Assembly: GCA_965645245.1 (NCBI GenBank)
Contig: OZ287067.1
Span: 2,170,001-2,234,000 of the forward strand
From: Massalongia carnosa
Lineage: Eukaryota
Length of the DNA: 64,000 nucleotides
Reading direction: 5' to 3'
Of this stretch, positions 12,736 to 26,084 are shown one piece after another. Numbering within the stretch: the first letter of the stretch is position 1; every line of letters begins with the position of its first letter. Position numbers and translations under genes: made by a program. Below the pieces are notes generated by a model. It worked only from the letters and a program-made list of their open reading frames with translations, ran no database searches and was not told where the DNA came from.

Positions 12736-13791
12736 ATGGTAGGTACCGGTGTCTTCGCCTCTCTGCGTTTCTTTGTTACAGCTCGAAAATCAAGCCCTTA
12801 CGCCTTGAATCCTTCGTTTCCTCACAGCGGTCGATCATGTTGCTGCCTTCAGTTACTACGCTTTCATGTTCATGCTACCACTTCCTCCTCTCGACACCCA
12901 TATTACTACCCCCCTATTCTTAATCCTTCACCGGTTCCTAACAATCCAATCCATGCACTCTAATCACCCCAAAACTATGCAAACCCACAGCTCACAACTT
13001 TATAGGCATCCACCAACTACAAAGAAGCATTTGCGCTCTTCGACAAGCGCGGAAATGGCCGCGTGGCGATCGAGTCGCTGGGGGACCTTCTCCGCGCGTG
13101 CGGCCAGAACCCAACACTGGCCGAGATTGCCGATTTGGAGAAGGGGGTAGGTGGGGACTGTAAGCTTAACTTTTTGTAGACCGCGTTCTCCTGTTAAGAG
13201 GTAGACTTGCTGGATCAATCTGCAGTGAAAAGGGGTTGGGCAAGAACCTTGGGTTAAAAAAAAGAATACTAGGAGATATGGCTAACTATCGCTACACGTG
13301 AATAGTTGACTTCGATTCCTTCTCCAAAATCCTAAATCGACCGGGCGGGTTTCGCGATCCTGGTGAGCCGGAGGAATACTGCCGTGGGTTTCAGGTATTT
13401 GACAAAGATATGACGGGGCTCATTGGTGTGGGACAATTGCGATACAGTAAGCTCTGATGCTTCTTGTTCTCTGCTTTGCCCTATTTTACGTGCTATTTTA
13501 CGCATCTGATTGCTTTTTGAAAGCTATCCCTCGGAAAGATAGTGTTGCTAACAGAAAGTTCAGTTCTTACCAACCTTGGAGAGAAGATGAGCGACGACGA
13601 GGTCGACGAGTTGCTAAAGGCTGTGGATACGAGCAGCGGGGACATCAACTACACAGGTATGTCTTCATTCCCTTTTTGACTACTGCATCCGTGCTCTTCC
13701 GTTATATTTCTTGTTAGTAACATTCTTTGAGGAATTCATCTCTGACATGATCAACCGAACAGACCTTGTGCGGACCATCCTAGCCAACTAA
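12736..13791 (+). CDS. cdc4: Myosin essential light chain (EF-hand, Cdc4/Mlc1), about 5 exons
   Basis: ATG|GTAGGT then ASTNYKEAFALFDKRGNG...LLRACGQNPTLAEI, FDFDSFSKILNRPGGF...FQVFDKD, LTNLGEKMSDDEVDELLK, DLVRTILAN*. Confidence 0.93.
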
Positions 13792-14389
13792 AAGCCCACT
13801 GTTATATATCTGTTCTCCCTACTGAGCCCGCTTCCTACCTCTATCCCATACGCACCCACCCAGTCAATATTCCTACGACCATCATCCTCATCAACTTCCC
13901 TTATGGCGTTAGGCGGTGTCTTACACTGCGTGGGGATGGCATTAACGACAGGCAATGGTAGCATTTAAGTTATACCATGACGAGTTTTCAATTTAAATGC
14001 TTTTGCAGGATCGTCGATCGGTCGTCGCAGTTGGGCTATAGCGTCCCTACGTCTTTCTCCCCGTCCGAGAGATGCTTCAGCTCAAGCGCTTCAGTAGAAT
14101 CAAGAATGCAAATAAATACACCTTTCCTTTCCCCATCCTCTAACATTCCCTTCTCGCCCTTGACCCGCCTCTTACTCCCCCAACAAGCAACACATGCCAT
14201 GTACCATATTTTTTCCCTTTCCTGAGTTAGTATATATCTACCTTTCGAAACCTCGTCGTCGCTTCCAGCGCTCTCGTAGAACAAATCAAGGTGGGTGGAT
14301 CAAACTCTACAGCTCCGGACCCCCCCCCCACGGATGGATAGATTATCTATAGAGTACGGAGTAAAGACTACAGAAATCTCAAGCTCATG

Positions 14390-15118
14390 ATGATGATGAT
14401 GATGATGTATTCATACTCCGATATGTCACCGGCCGTAGGCCGGCCCATGCGGGCAAAGCTATCTAAGTTATGTTACATGGAAACCCGTTTTCAGGTGTAA
14501 AAACCATATCCCTTGATACCTGTCCGATGTGACACCGGGTCGACGTCGGACAGGAGATGCAGAGCGAAAATTATGTGAGAACTGTGACGCCTTGTGAGAT
14601 AAGGAAAAGAGAAGTGAAACTACTGTTAATTGTACAATAGTGTAGATGCCAGTGAGAATTGGGTCAGTAGACCTGTTTTCATTAGCCAAGTAGTTAATAT
14701 CTTTAGAGTTTTTGATGTTTCGGTCAGCTGTTGATAGTTGTTCGTGCCAGCGGCGCGAAACATCTGTTCTCTATTGTCAATAAGTCTACAGAACATAATT
14801 ACGTGTTCTGGAGTTTGTCTGTGCCAGCCACATGGGCAGGCCGGTGAGGTGACGGCGGGGACCCGTCGCTGGTAGAGGAAGTCAGCTAGACCGATCTTAC
14901 CGGTGCCTTTCTGCCTTTTTTAGCAGCGTGTGTATTTTCAGTCGTTTTTTGCTCAGTGGGACTGATTGCGCTATGGAGGGTTCGGTGACGTGATTTGATA
15001 TGCGCTCCACGAGTCGTTCCAGACTTTCAGCTGTCGTGCTTTAATTGTCTGCATTTGTTTTTGACGAGCCAACGCTGCTACGGAGACTTCGCGGAGATGC
15101 GCTGGGGAGGGGGCGGAT
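14390..15118 (-). mobile_element. 5'-truncated non-LTR retrotransposon (LINE, Tad1/I-like), copy 1, degenerate
   Basis: Homologous to 27958-28690; (CAT)n tail on the minus strand; flanked by 15-bp TSD AATCTCAAGCTCATG at 14375-14389 and 15119-15133; small internal deletions relative to copy 2. Confidence 0.9.
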
Positions 15119-15243
15119 AATCTCAAGCTCATGGTGTACCGAAAAAAATCCATTGAATCTATCCATCAATCAATTGATCGAATCACTCTCCACCTTTTAG
15201 TTTATGATTCTATCTCTAAATATGCCCTTAAATTTACACCAGA

Positions 15244-15398
15244 GGGGAGGTGGCCGAGTGGTTATGGCGCTGTGTTTAGGTTTAATCCGCTTCCGTTTCG
15301 CTGGTTCTTCGATTTCCCGAAGATTCTTGATTAGAACGGACGGATGCGATCCCAATCCGCAGTTCGAAAGAGCGTGGGTTCGATCCCCACCCTCCTCA
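15244..15398 (+). tRNA. tRNA-Leu(UAG) with 76-nt intron (15281-15356)
   Basis: Acceptor stem GGGGAGG/CCTCCTC-A, A-box TGGCCGAGTGG, anticodon stem CTGTG/CGCAG around TT-TAG-G, variable arm TTCGAAAGAG, T-arm GTGGGTTCGATCCCCAC, downstream T runs. Confidence 0.9.
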
Positions 15399-16609
15399 TT
15401 GATTTTGAGTGTTGATTTGTTTTTTGGGGGGAGGGGGTTTCGACTTTTTATATTTGATGGGCTCAGAATGAACGAATAAATTTAATCTCATTTACTTATA
15501 TTATTATTATACAGGCAGGTTGTTGCTTTTTCGGATCTTACCGATTCAGTCAATTACGTCCCAAGAGGGTTTCTGTTTCAACATCTGTTTCGTTCCTCTC
15601 TCAACGCTGTCCCATTACACGATCCCCCGCTGGATCTTCAAGTAACCGCTCGAATAAGTACTCTTGGCATTCCAATCCTACAGAACGTATCGATGGACTA
15701 ATGATTCACTATTCAAGTGTGACAGACTCTCGTTCTGCACTGATGTTTCCAAACAGATAAGAATCGTTGTATCGATCTCTAAACTGTACTTTTCCCATCT
15801 ATTCCACACCACTCTAATCTAGCCCATTCCGTTCCGAGCTATTCCCCTTTCTCCAGCTTACCGTAAGTTCCATCTTGCCCTAACTCCTCGGCGCCATCAA
15901 CCCCCTACCTTGCTTCTTGGCGGGTGATGCGATGAGTGGGTGAGTCAAGGGGGGCGAAGGTGATGAACGGGGGAATAGAAACCTTGCTTATAGCGAAAGG
16001 GAGGGGGGTTTAATAGGCGCCATGGTTTCTTCTCTTTGGTGGGACTGAGTGATGATGTTGAGGATAAGGAAGTAATGAGATGTGCTAGAAGGCGAAGTTT
16101 TCCGCTCTGATTTGGTATGTGTATCTTGATGAGAGGAAGTTGTAGCTTCAAAGCATCTATCGATGTTGTTGTTGTTGTTGTTTTTGTTGTTATAGTGGTG
16201 GTAGTGTGGATTATTTTCTCGTTTCTTTCCTGGCCAGTCACATATATACTTTTTTATTACACACATACACATCCCCTTCAGCAAAAATCACAGGAGAAAA
16301 CCCACAAAACCGATCCTCATCAAACATCTCTCTCTTCCACATGCTCCCTTTCTTGTTTCTCGTTGCTAGTTTCTCGGGCTCCCCCCCCCCCGGTTTCGGA
16401 AAGAGCGACCAGGGGGGCAAAGATAGGGATTAAGTAGGTAGGTAGGTAACTAGATCGATCCGAATTTATGATACTTGAACTAAAAAGATAAGATTTAGTT
16501 AGGAAAGGAAAATAGCGACATGTAGCCCCTCCCCCCTTCCTCTTCTCTGGCACTATTTGGAGGAAAGGGGGGTATTGTATGTCCCATATGTATGTGTAGA
16601 TAGGGAGGA

Positions 16610-16637
16610 GAAGAAGAAGAAGAAGAAGAAGAAGAAG
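16610..16637. repeat. (GAA)n microsatellite within a purine/pyrimidine-tract low-complexity region (about 15.9-17.4 kb)
   Basis: gaagaagaagaagaagaagaagaagaag read directly. Confidence 0.9.
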
Positions 16638-17495
16638 CCAAGTGACGGAGAAGGGGGGGGTTGCGCTTCACCTCCCTTTCTCCTTTCTGTCTTCCTTCCT
16701 TCCCTCTCGTTTCTATTATGTATCATCTATATTATGTATCTCTTCCTTTTTCTATTTCCACTAGCTTTCTTTCATCCCCCCCCCCCCTTTTCTTTCCGTC
16801 CCCCCCTTCCCTCCCCTTCCCTCCCTCCCTCCCTCCCACCATTTTTTCCTACCTGTTTATCATAGCTTCCAATTACGACTAAAGTCATCATGGACCCTAG
16901 CTAGGTAAGAAGTATTACCTATCTATGCAAGAGCCGCCAGGTAAAAAGAACAAAGTACATAACCCAGGAACGGAAGGACCAAGAACTAGAAACCGAGAAC
17001 CAGCCAGATACAGAACCGAGAACTGAGGAGACGAGAGAAAGAAGACCTCCAAAAACCCAAAAAAAAACAAAAGTACCCAGGTATTCAGGGTATCTACTCT
17101 AAATAGATATCCCTCCCTAAAAAAAACCAACCAACCAGGAATATTGTAATGTATGTATGCAATGTACAAAAAAAGGTTGCAGTATGCGAATAAACGAAAG
17201 AATGAATGAATGAATGAATCTTTCCTTTCTTTCTTTCTGTTCCAGGACCTAGAATCCAGAAACGGGAGGAAGAAAAGAAAAGAAGCAGGGCGCGAAGGGG
17301 GGGGCGAAATCGAGTCAAATCAAGTTACCTAAGTGGGGGGGGGGGTTAGCCTAGGGGGCTTGGGGCTCTGAGGCTTGATCAAGGCTGAAATTTGGAGTGA
17401 AACCCTATCATTATCGTTATGGTTATCATTCTAAAATGCCTGCCTACCTTACCTACTCATTCCCAAGGTCCCCAACAAACGCAAAACTCCCCGGC

Positions 17496-18110
17496 CTAAT
17501 CCCCACTCTCTGGCAGCCAGCCCAACGCCCTCACGTCGAGCGTGTACCCGCGCCCGTCCCACCCCCACACCATGCCGTTCCAGCCACAGACCGTGTTGGC
17601 GACCGCGCGCGCCCTCACCGCCTCCATGCGGCGCTTCTCCTTTTCCTCCTCGTCCTCCTCGTCCTCGCCCTGCTGGCGGTTCTCAAGCCACCATACGGCG
17701 CGCTCGAAGCGTTTCGCCTTCTCCAACCGTTTCGTGTGAGTCTCTCGGCGCTCGACCTCCCGGCGGGCCATCTGGGCTTCGCGCTCGCAGCGCTCGACGA
17801 TTTCCAGCACCATGACCCGCTCCTGGCGCGCGAGCTCGCAACCATTGACGAGGCGGCGCTTTTGCATTTCGAGGACCATAGCCCGCTCCTGGCGGGCGAG
17901 TTCGGCGCCGTCGACGACGACGGGGCGTTTTCGCTTCGGCGAGCCGGGGAGGCGGGCTGGGCGCAGTTTAGCCAGGAGAGCTTTAAAGGTGGTGCGTTTG
18001 CTGCGAGGGTTGGGGGGTGGCCTGGTGGTTGGGGGGATGGTGCAGAGAAAGGGGAGATTCGGTTTCTTGATGTAGCGTTGGGGGAGCCTCGGTTGGGGTA
18101 GTGCGGACAT
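17496..18110 (-). CDS. Hypothetical protein, 204 aa, with an internal 22-aa duplication and charged coiled-coil
   Basis: ATG-initiated single ORF after a CT-rich leader; VVDGAELARQERAMVLEM and LVNGCELARQERVMVLEI repeats; no family recognised. Confidence 0.5.
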   Translation of the reverse strand: MSALPQPRLPQRYIKKPNLPFLCTIPPTTRPPPNPRSKRTTFKALLAKLRPARLPGSPKRKRPVVVDGAELARQERAMVLEMQKRRLVNGCELARQERVMVLEIVERCEREAQMARREVERRETHTKRLEKAKRFERAVWWLENRQQGEDEEDEEEKEKRRMEAVRARAVANTVCGWNGMVWGWDGRGYTLDVRALGWLPESGD

Positions 18111-21100
18111 TTTTGAGGAGGCGGCGGGGACCGGGTGAGTGGAGAAACGTTGGTGTGAGAATGAGGAGGTTGTTGATGGGAGGGAGGTTTTCGATGTTGC
18201 GAGGTGTAGATCTCGGCTTGATAAGAGTTGGTGAAGTTAATGAGAAGAGAGGATTATACTGTTGTATGTATATATATACGAATGTTGATTGAGAATTGTG
18301 GAAATAATTGAGATTCAGCGAATCTAATGCCTGGTTCAGAATTTGAAGTGAAACGATGGCCGAAGTACTAAAAAGAGACGATCGATGGACTGGATATAAA
18401 TACGAAGTAATGGCAAGAGTGATGCTATGCGTTTTGGAAAAAAAACCGCAAAACTCGAAAGAGCGAGCTGCCACCAAGTAATTTGCACATGCCAACTGCG
18501 AAGCTCGCTTCTAGCAATGTTGAAGAAGTCCCAACAATTCTGACGACCCGACGTCGCGGGCAAGTCTGGTAGTCAAAACCTGAGCGGAATGGATAGCTTC
18601 AAACCTTTTTGAGAATTGGTATTTCTTATTCGGCGTTGTTGTCGGATTTGGATGAATTGAAAGTCTTCACATGCTGAGCCCCGAGAGAATGGAACCTGTT
18701 TCTCGTACCTGGTCCTCGGTCGCGCTCGAATGCTAGGTTCGCTCTATCGCAAGGAATAATGGCAGGCGCATCCATCCTGACGCCAAGCGTCACAACCCTT
18801 GATTCTAGATCGCAGGGAAGCTCGAAATGAATCTTAGATGCTTCGTCATTGCGTGCGAAAGGCTGCGTATATATAGTATTAGTATTTTATGAATATGCGT
18901 ATCCTGCAAGTGAACGAGTGAAGAGGAACAAGACCCTAACAAAAGGCCTCCACGACGACCGATGGTGGGACTTTTGCATGAAGAGATATATACAAAGTAT
19001 AATATATTTCCATTTGCTCTGTCTATTTAAGTTTAACAATAATCAGTGATAAGAACTCGACAATGATGTTCGAGAAAATTCCTCATCAGGTATGATAGCA
19101 ATCAGTAAGGGACAGAAACACTGGAGGGCAGTATGGGAGATCAAAAGTTGACGTTGACAAGCGATATATAGCCTCTCCGCTTCGTCAATTTAGCTGATGT
19201 GTGTTCCACCGCATGGGGTAACAGTCTATACTCCCATAACAAGAAGCTCGTCGCCCAAGCAAAAGAGCGCATTGCATCACCGGCAAGCCACATCCCACTC
19301 TTCCTTTCTCTCTTTCTTTCTTTCTTTCGTTCTTTCGTTCTTTCTTTCTTTCATCTTCGTTCTTCTTGTTCTTCCCGTTCTTCTCTTTCTTGTTTCACGA
19401 AATCAACGCTGTCTTCGACCGCATATACCTACATACCTCGGGTAGATAGTCATCATCTCATCCTACAGCAAAAGCAACATACAACGCTGTATTTTGTACG
19501 CTGTATCAGAACTCTGTACTAGTACTCTGTATCAATTCTGTACCGATGTACTCTGGACATGAACCCCAGATCCTGTGACGACCTCCATCGAGATCGCCGC
19601 AGATGTGATTCACGCCAAATTGCATCTAGATGTACGATTAGTCATCATCACCGCTATCGTTATCGACGATCGTTTCTCCCATCGGATAAACGCGCCGCCC
19701 ATCGATGGAATACGAAAAGACCTTTCCGTGCTTTGACTTATTCCCAAGACCAGCCTTTTCACGATGCTGTGGTGAGTTTTGATGCTCTGTGCGATGGGCA
19801 AGGAGGGTCAGCGAGGAAAAGGCGAGTGGCGCCAGGCGCAAAGGCAGGGCAAAGGAACAAGAAGCCGCCCATTCTTCGTTGGCTGACGATGGATAACTAC
19901 ATACCTACCTACCTAGGTATATAGTTGTCGGTGCTTCCCCCGGAGGAATACAGTATCCATCGCTACAGTACTCGGTACAAGACGATGGACCATCATCTTC
20001 CTTTACCTTGCCCTCTTCTAGAACCCGTGAACACGTGAAGCAAATAAACTACCGACTAAAACTACCAGACCGAAAGCCCTCCGTCATTCACAGGCGCATC
20101 CGGAGGTTCATCCGGTGGGTCGATGACGGCACCTTTTCTGCCAATCATCAATCAGCAATCATCAATCATGGCATTTGGATTTTTCCACCCTCGACGCGCG
20201 CAATTACCTGGGACTGGAAAACCTTTGCGTCTTATTTTTTGCCCCTTGCTCCTTGTTGCGTTCCATCCTACTCTCAGTTCCCAGAGTATATTCATCCCCA
20301 AACAGAACGGCCTGATCTCGTCGCACTTCCTAAGCTGTAAGTGTGTCTTACAAACGCCATCGTTCCATCCCCTTACACCCCATCCAACTTTTATTCCTCG
20401 CCCTAGCGTGCCGGATTGGGTGACGTAAAAAGAATGCTTTAAGCCTGCCACGTCGGAGGTAACTCCGCCAGCCACCATCGTCCAGAAATATGATTGGATG
20501 AGTCCGCCACACTCACGCCTTGAAAGATCCATTTCCCCCAATTCATCATTGCTTTTGTGTCCTTTACTTTGCGCAAATAATCCCCCTCCCGACCAACATG
20601 TTTCTTGGACTATCACTCCATCCCCGGTAAGAGTGAGTGTTGAGAATTCCCAGTTCCTATCTCTCATTCCTCCACAATGGAATCTATCGATCAGCGGGTC
20701 AGCATTCTTCTCACTCACAATCATAGTGCCTACAGGAGTAAATCCAACCAACCCGAGAAGCGGGCGATAAGATCAGGACTGCGGAACGCCAAATGCTGGC
20801 CGATTCAAACGCGCTCGAACAAGATCAGTGAGTCATGAACAGCAGCCGCGTGGTTGACTGGCAGAGCCGTTAATTGTACCTACAAACTCTCTAACACAAC
20901 CGGTAGGGTCTATATCACATGGTCAAAAGCATCATCTAATCGCCACCAGTAATACTCGACATAAGTTGGCCAAAACATGTCGCATGCTGCTCATCATCCG
21001 TCCGACGAACCGCTAACATGCTCGTTTCGTCCATGTGACGTCTATCGCTCATCGCCGAGTCATCACATTGCGTCGGGCCTGCAACAGACCGTCCAGAGTC

Positions 21101-21153
21101 TAGCGTGCAATCACGGAAAGAGTTTGAGACCTCGCAAGCCTTTACGATTGCGT

Positions 21154-23510
21154 TCAATCATTAAGTAAGGTGCTGATATTCATGGAGCGCTCGCCTATCA
21201 TCGGTCTTCGAACTTCTCCTCCGGAGGCAAAGATCAATCTTTGCCACTGGTATGGCCAATCCAAGGCTATAGCCGGATCAATATGGGGAAGCACCTGGTC
21301 AAGCGGCTGAGTGTAAGACAGCCTAGTACAGGCGTCCAAAATATCATCCAGGCCAAAATCCTGAATAGGCTCCATCATGCTGGCAATATTACCGGGAAGC
21401 TCAACGTTACATTCGACCGCTGTGCGACGAAAGAGTTCTTGTAACGGGCCACAAATGGCAAATCCAATCCGAGTTCGTTGCATCGTTTGCAAGCAAAACT
21501 GTAAAGTCTCCGAAGCCGGGGGATCGTCCGGTGACTGCCGAACGAGCGCATCGCTCAAATGCAATGTGCAGAAGGTTACAAGGGGAAGTTGATATCGGGA
21601 GGAGTAGAGTCGGCGTGAATGTGCGAGTATCTCGATCCCGGCACGGGCATGGGACACGATCAACTCACGGAGCCGTTGCACATCTGGCTCTGCAAAATAA
21701 CCGCTTTGCAACAAAGGGCTAAAGTGCTGAACCAGAGCGGTATGGTACAGGACGCTAATTAAACATTAGCATTCTTTGTTAAATTCTGTGTCGCCTGAAG
21801 GCATCATACTGGAGGTACAGGACAAAAGGTAGAGGTCGGTCACTTATGTCAATGTTTAGAATGGGCGGCGGTAAGCTTTCTTTCCATTCTAGGTATTTCC
21901 TATATCCTTCAATAATGCCCTGGGCGGTTATCTTACCTCGGGTACCGCAGTACAGTTTGAGACTCTCTTGAATAATGCGGAATAGTTTGGTTTGGCTGCA
22001 AGCTGTCATGATGGCATTGCTGGGTCTCGATGGAAGCTCGTGCTCGTCACCCAAACGCCTGTAAAATTGCCACACGGCATCATTTCTGTCCATATGTACA
22101 TGCTCAAAGGACGCGAAGTGAATTTCCGAAGTATGTAATGGCAGGTATGTAATTCCGGTACAGAACCTAAGAGTTATTAACCGATCAGTTGCCTCATGTC
22201 GCAGGCGTCGAGCTCGAGCTTACGTATAGAGATTCTGTATTCCCCATTTGGATAGCTCCAAGGCCTCGAACGAGTGCTTTTTCCCATCGATTACTTTAAG
22301 ATAATCTACTGCTGACCTGAGATATCCTATTGCGCTTTGAGCCTTTCCCGCGCTCAAGTCAGTCAAGTACATGATAGCAAAGGTCTGTACGGATGTTATG
22401 TGGTGGTAAGTGTTCGGAGTCAGGCACATGCGCGCTTGTCCCATGAAACCCTCCCGCAACGTCGCCACGTCGATGTCCCTGATGACGATGTCATCGCATT
22501 CTTCGTTATCGAGGAGATGACACGCCATTGCGCAGATGGCGTTGACCAATGAAGACGAGCAATACGTATCTTCGTACGCCAGGAAATCTTGCATGAATTC
22601 TACTTCGCTGAAAAGCATGTGGATGGGATGGACCCACGTAAAATATAGGTCGAGGAGGTGCCCGAGGAGCGTTCGGCTCGAACTGACCTTGGTCCACTGG
22701 ATGCTTGATGAACTGTTGCGGTACAAGGCGCCTCCGTGATAGTTTCTTTCAATCCTCTTCACTACATCAATCAAGCTGCGCTGGGGTGCCAGTATACTTT
22801 GCATGCTCAACGAGACCGGGTGCTGCTGAGACAGCCAATTGGCAATGGAGTGGTGAGACTCGCCAGCTCGGAGCCTCTTGATGATCTCCTTGTCGTGGCC
22901 GTTGTTACCGATGGTGTCCAAAATTTTGATTTGCCAGCTACTTGCTTCTTCGAGGCCTTTGTTCCGGTGCTCAAGCGTCATGGCGGCTTCAGCCATCTCT
23001 CTGTTCTGATCCTGCAAGATGGTATTATCACCACGCAGATTCTCAATCTCTCGTATGAGATCGTCCTTATGTGTTTTAGTGTGCGGGTCGTAAGCGCAGG
23101 TGAGCTTGCGTTGAAGGCACCTGCCACAAGGATCGGGCTTGGTCCCGTCACACTACAGAATAGAGAAGGTGGATCGTCAGTATCAATCGCATCGTCCCTG
23201 ATTGGCAAGCAATCGCCCGCCCCAAACGAACAAAGTGTCCATGTGTGTAATCTAATCGTACCTTTTGCCTTGCATGCCTGCATTCGTTGCACGCCATCAA
23301 CGAGACATTACCCGCAACTCGTCGCCTGCGTGGAACATCACCACCGCTGCCCCCACCCCCTCCTCCCGCCGCGCCATTGCCACCGCTAGCTCCCCCACTG
23401 GTGCCACCGCTGGTGCTCGATTCACCGATAAATTCGCCGTGTTTTGATGGCGATGAGCTCGAAGACTGATTCTGGGGATTAGACGGCGCGAGCGCTCGAA
23501 ACGTCGACAT
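21154..23510 (-). CDS. Zn(II)2Cys6 transcription factor with fungal-specific TF domain (NirA-like), multi-exon
   Basis: ACNECRHARQK, intron 23261-23153, CDGTKPDPCGRCLQRKLTCAY; middle homology region WTKVSS...HLLDLYFTWVHPIHMLFSE..F..DF...YCSSSLVNAICA; further exons to ...ISTLLND*. Confidence 0.9.
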
Positions 23511-26084
23511 GATGATGTTGTGGTGGGCACGAACAGCTATCAGAATTTATCATGGGAGTGGGAAAGGCGGAGTGCATGTGATGGAAATTCGGATGGGAGC
23601 CGGCGAGTAGATCCAGGGCTTGAGATATGCATGGTCGCATCACAACATTCACACTCCCCATCGGTGATATTCATACTTCCATTGGCTCGTTCGCCACCGA
23701 CGAGGGCAGCGTAAGGAAACCAGGGCAGGTATACTTAGAGATGATACCTATGGTTTTGGCTTTGGGGGGTTCAAGTGGGTAACCAATAACAGCAGCTAGC
23801 TAAAAACCTACGGCTTTCCCTTCTAGGCTAAAAAAGCGAGCCCACCACGGGCGTTTTCCCCCGCGAGACCATGCGCCAATGAATACCGGATACAGAACCG
23901 TGGACGAAGCCCCAACCAGCCCGAAGCAACTTGGGATGGCAAACAAGCACATACTCGATTGCTACCCTTCCGCTCCGCACTGGGGGTGTGGAATCTTTGC
24001 ACGCTCCATCCCGGAGCCGGCGTGTTTTTTCCATCGGACGGGTATGTGTTTAGGCTTACAACTAGGCCGAAGGAGTGGGGGCTTGTGGTGTGGCGACGCG
24101 TCACGTGATGTCGAATAGCCCACAAGTGCGATTGATCTGTTGCATCTCTACCGCCATGGTCAAAGCATCTATCGAGAAGATTTATACCGAGTTCTTCGAT
24201 TTCAGGCATGGGCGGATGAAGGCATGGAAATTCGCCCAATGGAGATGAGGACAATGTCCATCCGGGACGAGGCAAGGGCGCTGGGGTCCCCTCACGTGCC
24301 CTCGTTAGGTACCTTGTATAGGTACTTTCCTAACCCACCCAGGCAGAGGCGTGGCACTTTAGACTGGCACGGTTTGGATCGATCGACGATCATCTGCGTT
24401 CTTTGTCACTGCACCCGATCTCGATGGTTCTCCGAAACGGCGATGTGCAGGGATGGAACGTGGCGCGATTTGGGCTTTTCATACATGAGATCCGAACATG
24501 ATCCACGACGTACTCTGTATGGTCACAAGATACCGATTCTCAATGGCGCTGTCAGTGATTCACGGGACATCATGATGCATTCGGTAAACCATGGACCTTT
24601 GCATTGTGCGCATTACGGCCTTCGCGATTGTTGCAAGAGGCGGCGAAAGCGAAATTCCTGAGCGAAGTCCTGAACGCGCTCCTCCGCCAAATACCTATCA
24701 AAGTTGACACACTGCGAAGCACGAAAAGTATATGTATACACCCGCTAAAGATAAATAACAAATCTACCTTTTAACCCAAAGTATAGAACCTGAATGCAGC
24801 AATGTGAATCCCCCACTGAAGTCTTCCTCTATGATCTCAGCACCAAGAGAACTTGCTGATATACACCAACTCCAGTTCCATCATAAAAAATACCAGCCGG
24901 AGGAGCTCGTGTATGTCGCCGTCCAAGTCTCCTGGATCTCTGATACATTCATATAATGCTTGAAGGTTGTCTTGGAGCGAAGAAGCTTTCCAGCCGCAAA
25001 TCAAAACGCGGTGAATGCGTATTTTCACATGCCCCGCTCAAAGAGTGCATCGTAGTGGTAGAGCAATGGCATTTCATCCTTGTTGGCTAAAGCTGGCTTG
25101 TCCACCTGATGCGGCTGCTCCAGGGGAATCATCGGTTTTTGTGGCTTTTGCTTGATCCACCGTTTCATCTATTTTGAGTATTTTGCCTCGTGTCTCACAA
25201 TCAAATGTACGGTAGACTTCAGTTTTACGGTGGTGGCGGCGTGGTCAATCGCCCTGTGGGTATAATATTTTTAGCTTTATTGCTGCATTTCATCCTGAAA
25301 GAGAGTCGACTTACCGCATTAGTTCTCCTGCTTTTGACAACCCAGCAATGGAGGGCTTGAGCCGGTCATGGATTCTGAAGCTAGATGCACTGCGGTATCT
25401 GACTCAAACAGGTACGGTTTTGATGGTTTAGCTCATGGACGCTCTCTGCAATGTTTTCGGTTTTCGGAAACCGCAAGGCATCGTATGAGAGAGACTGAAC
25501 AGATGCAAGAAAACAACGGCACGTCCAGCGCTGGCCCGGGCCTCTCGCCTTTCCCACCTCATTAAGTGCCAGTCGGTATGCATAGCGGTCGTCGAAAGAC
25601 CTAGAACACGGACAAATCCGGTCTAATCGGTTCGGGGTGTCCTGTATGGATCCTGCAATTGAACTCAATACTTGATTGGACGATGGATGGATTACTGCAT
25701 GGCAAAGTCAGATTCCCATGCTCACCAGATGGGAATCCAGCTCCTCCGCCCAGAGCTCTTCACGTAGCTGATAACACTTAACCATCTACCCATGTAGGGA
25801 AAGTGATTTAGGTCGTGCATGTCCTTTTTTTGGTAGGGAAATATCTTTTTCGATCCTGTGGACAATTTGGGTAGCAGCGACTCATGCTGTAGAGGCAGTC
25901 CCCGATTGATTTTGTGCCTTTTCTGTAGTTGAGAAATCGCCAGTCTGAGCGCCTTGCCTTAACACGTGATCCAACCATCCTCCATCGAACCTTTCCTATT
26001 CTGTAATTCGGTGCTTTCTCCCTCCATTCCTCAAGCAGTCTTCACCCGTCGATCGTTACCTGGTTGAACCCAAACCCCCACCAA

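Noticed and set aside
12828..12838. Possible 11-nt micro-exon in the myosin light chain first intron (giving MVAVDHASTNY)
   Set aside because: Requires weak donors (GTACCG, GTTGCT); the simple ATG|GTAGGT model is sufficient without transcript data.
15945..17318. Multiple short ORFs in the low-complexity region
   Set aside because: Arise from microsatellites and homopolymer tracts; no coding signature.
20008..20770. Overlapping ORFs up to 199 aa downstream of the Zn2Cys6 gene
   Set aside because: No family motif, mostly non-ATG starts, no convincing splice model.
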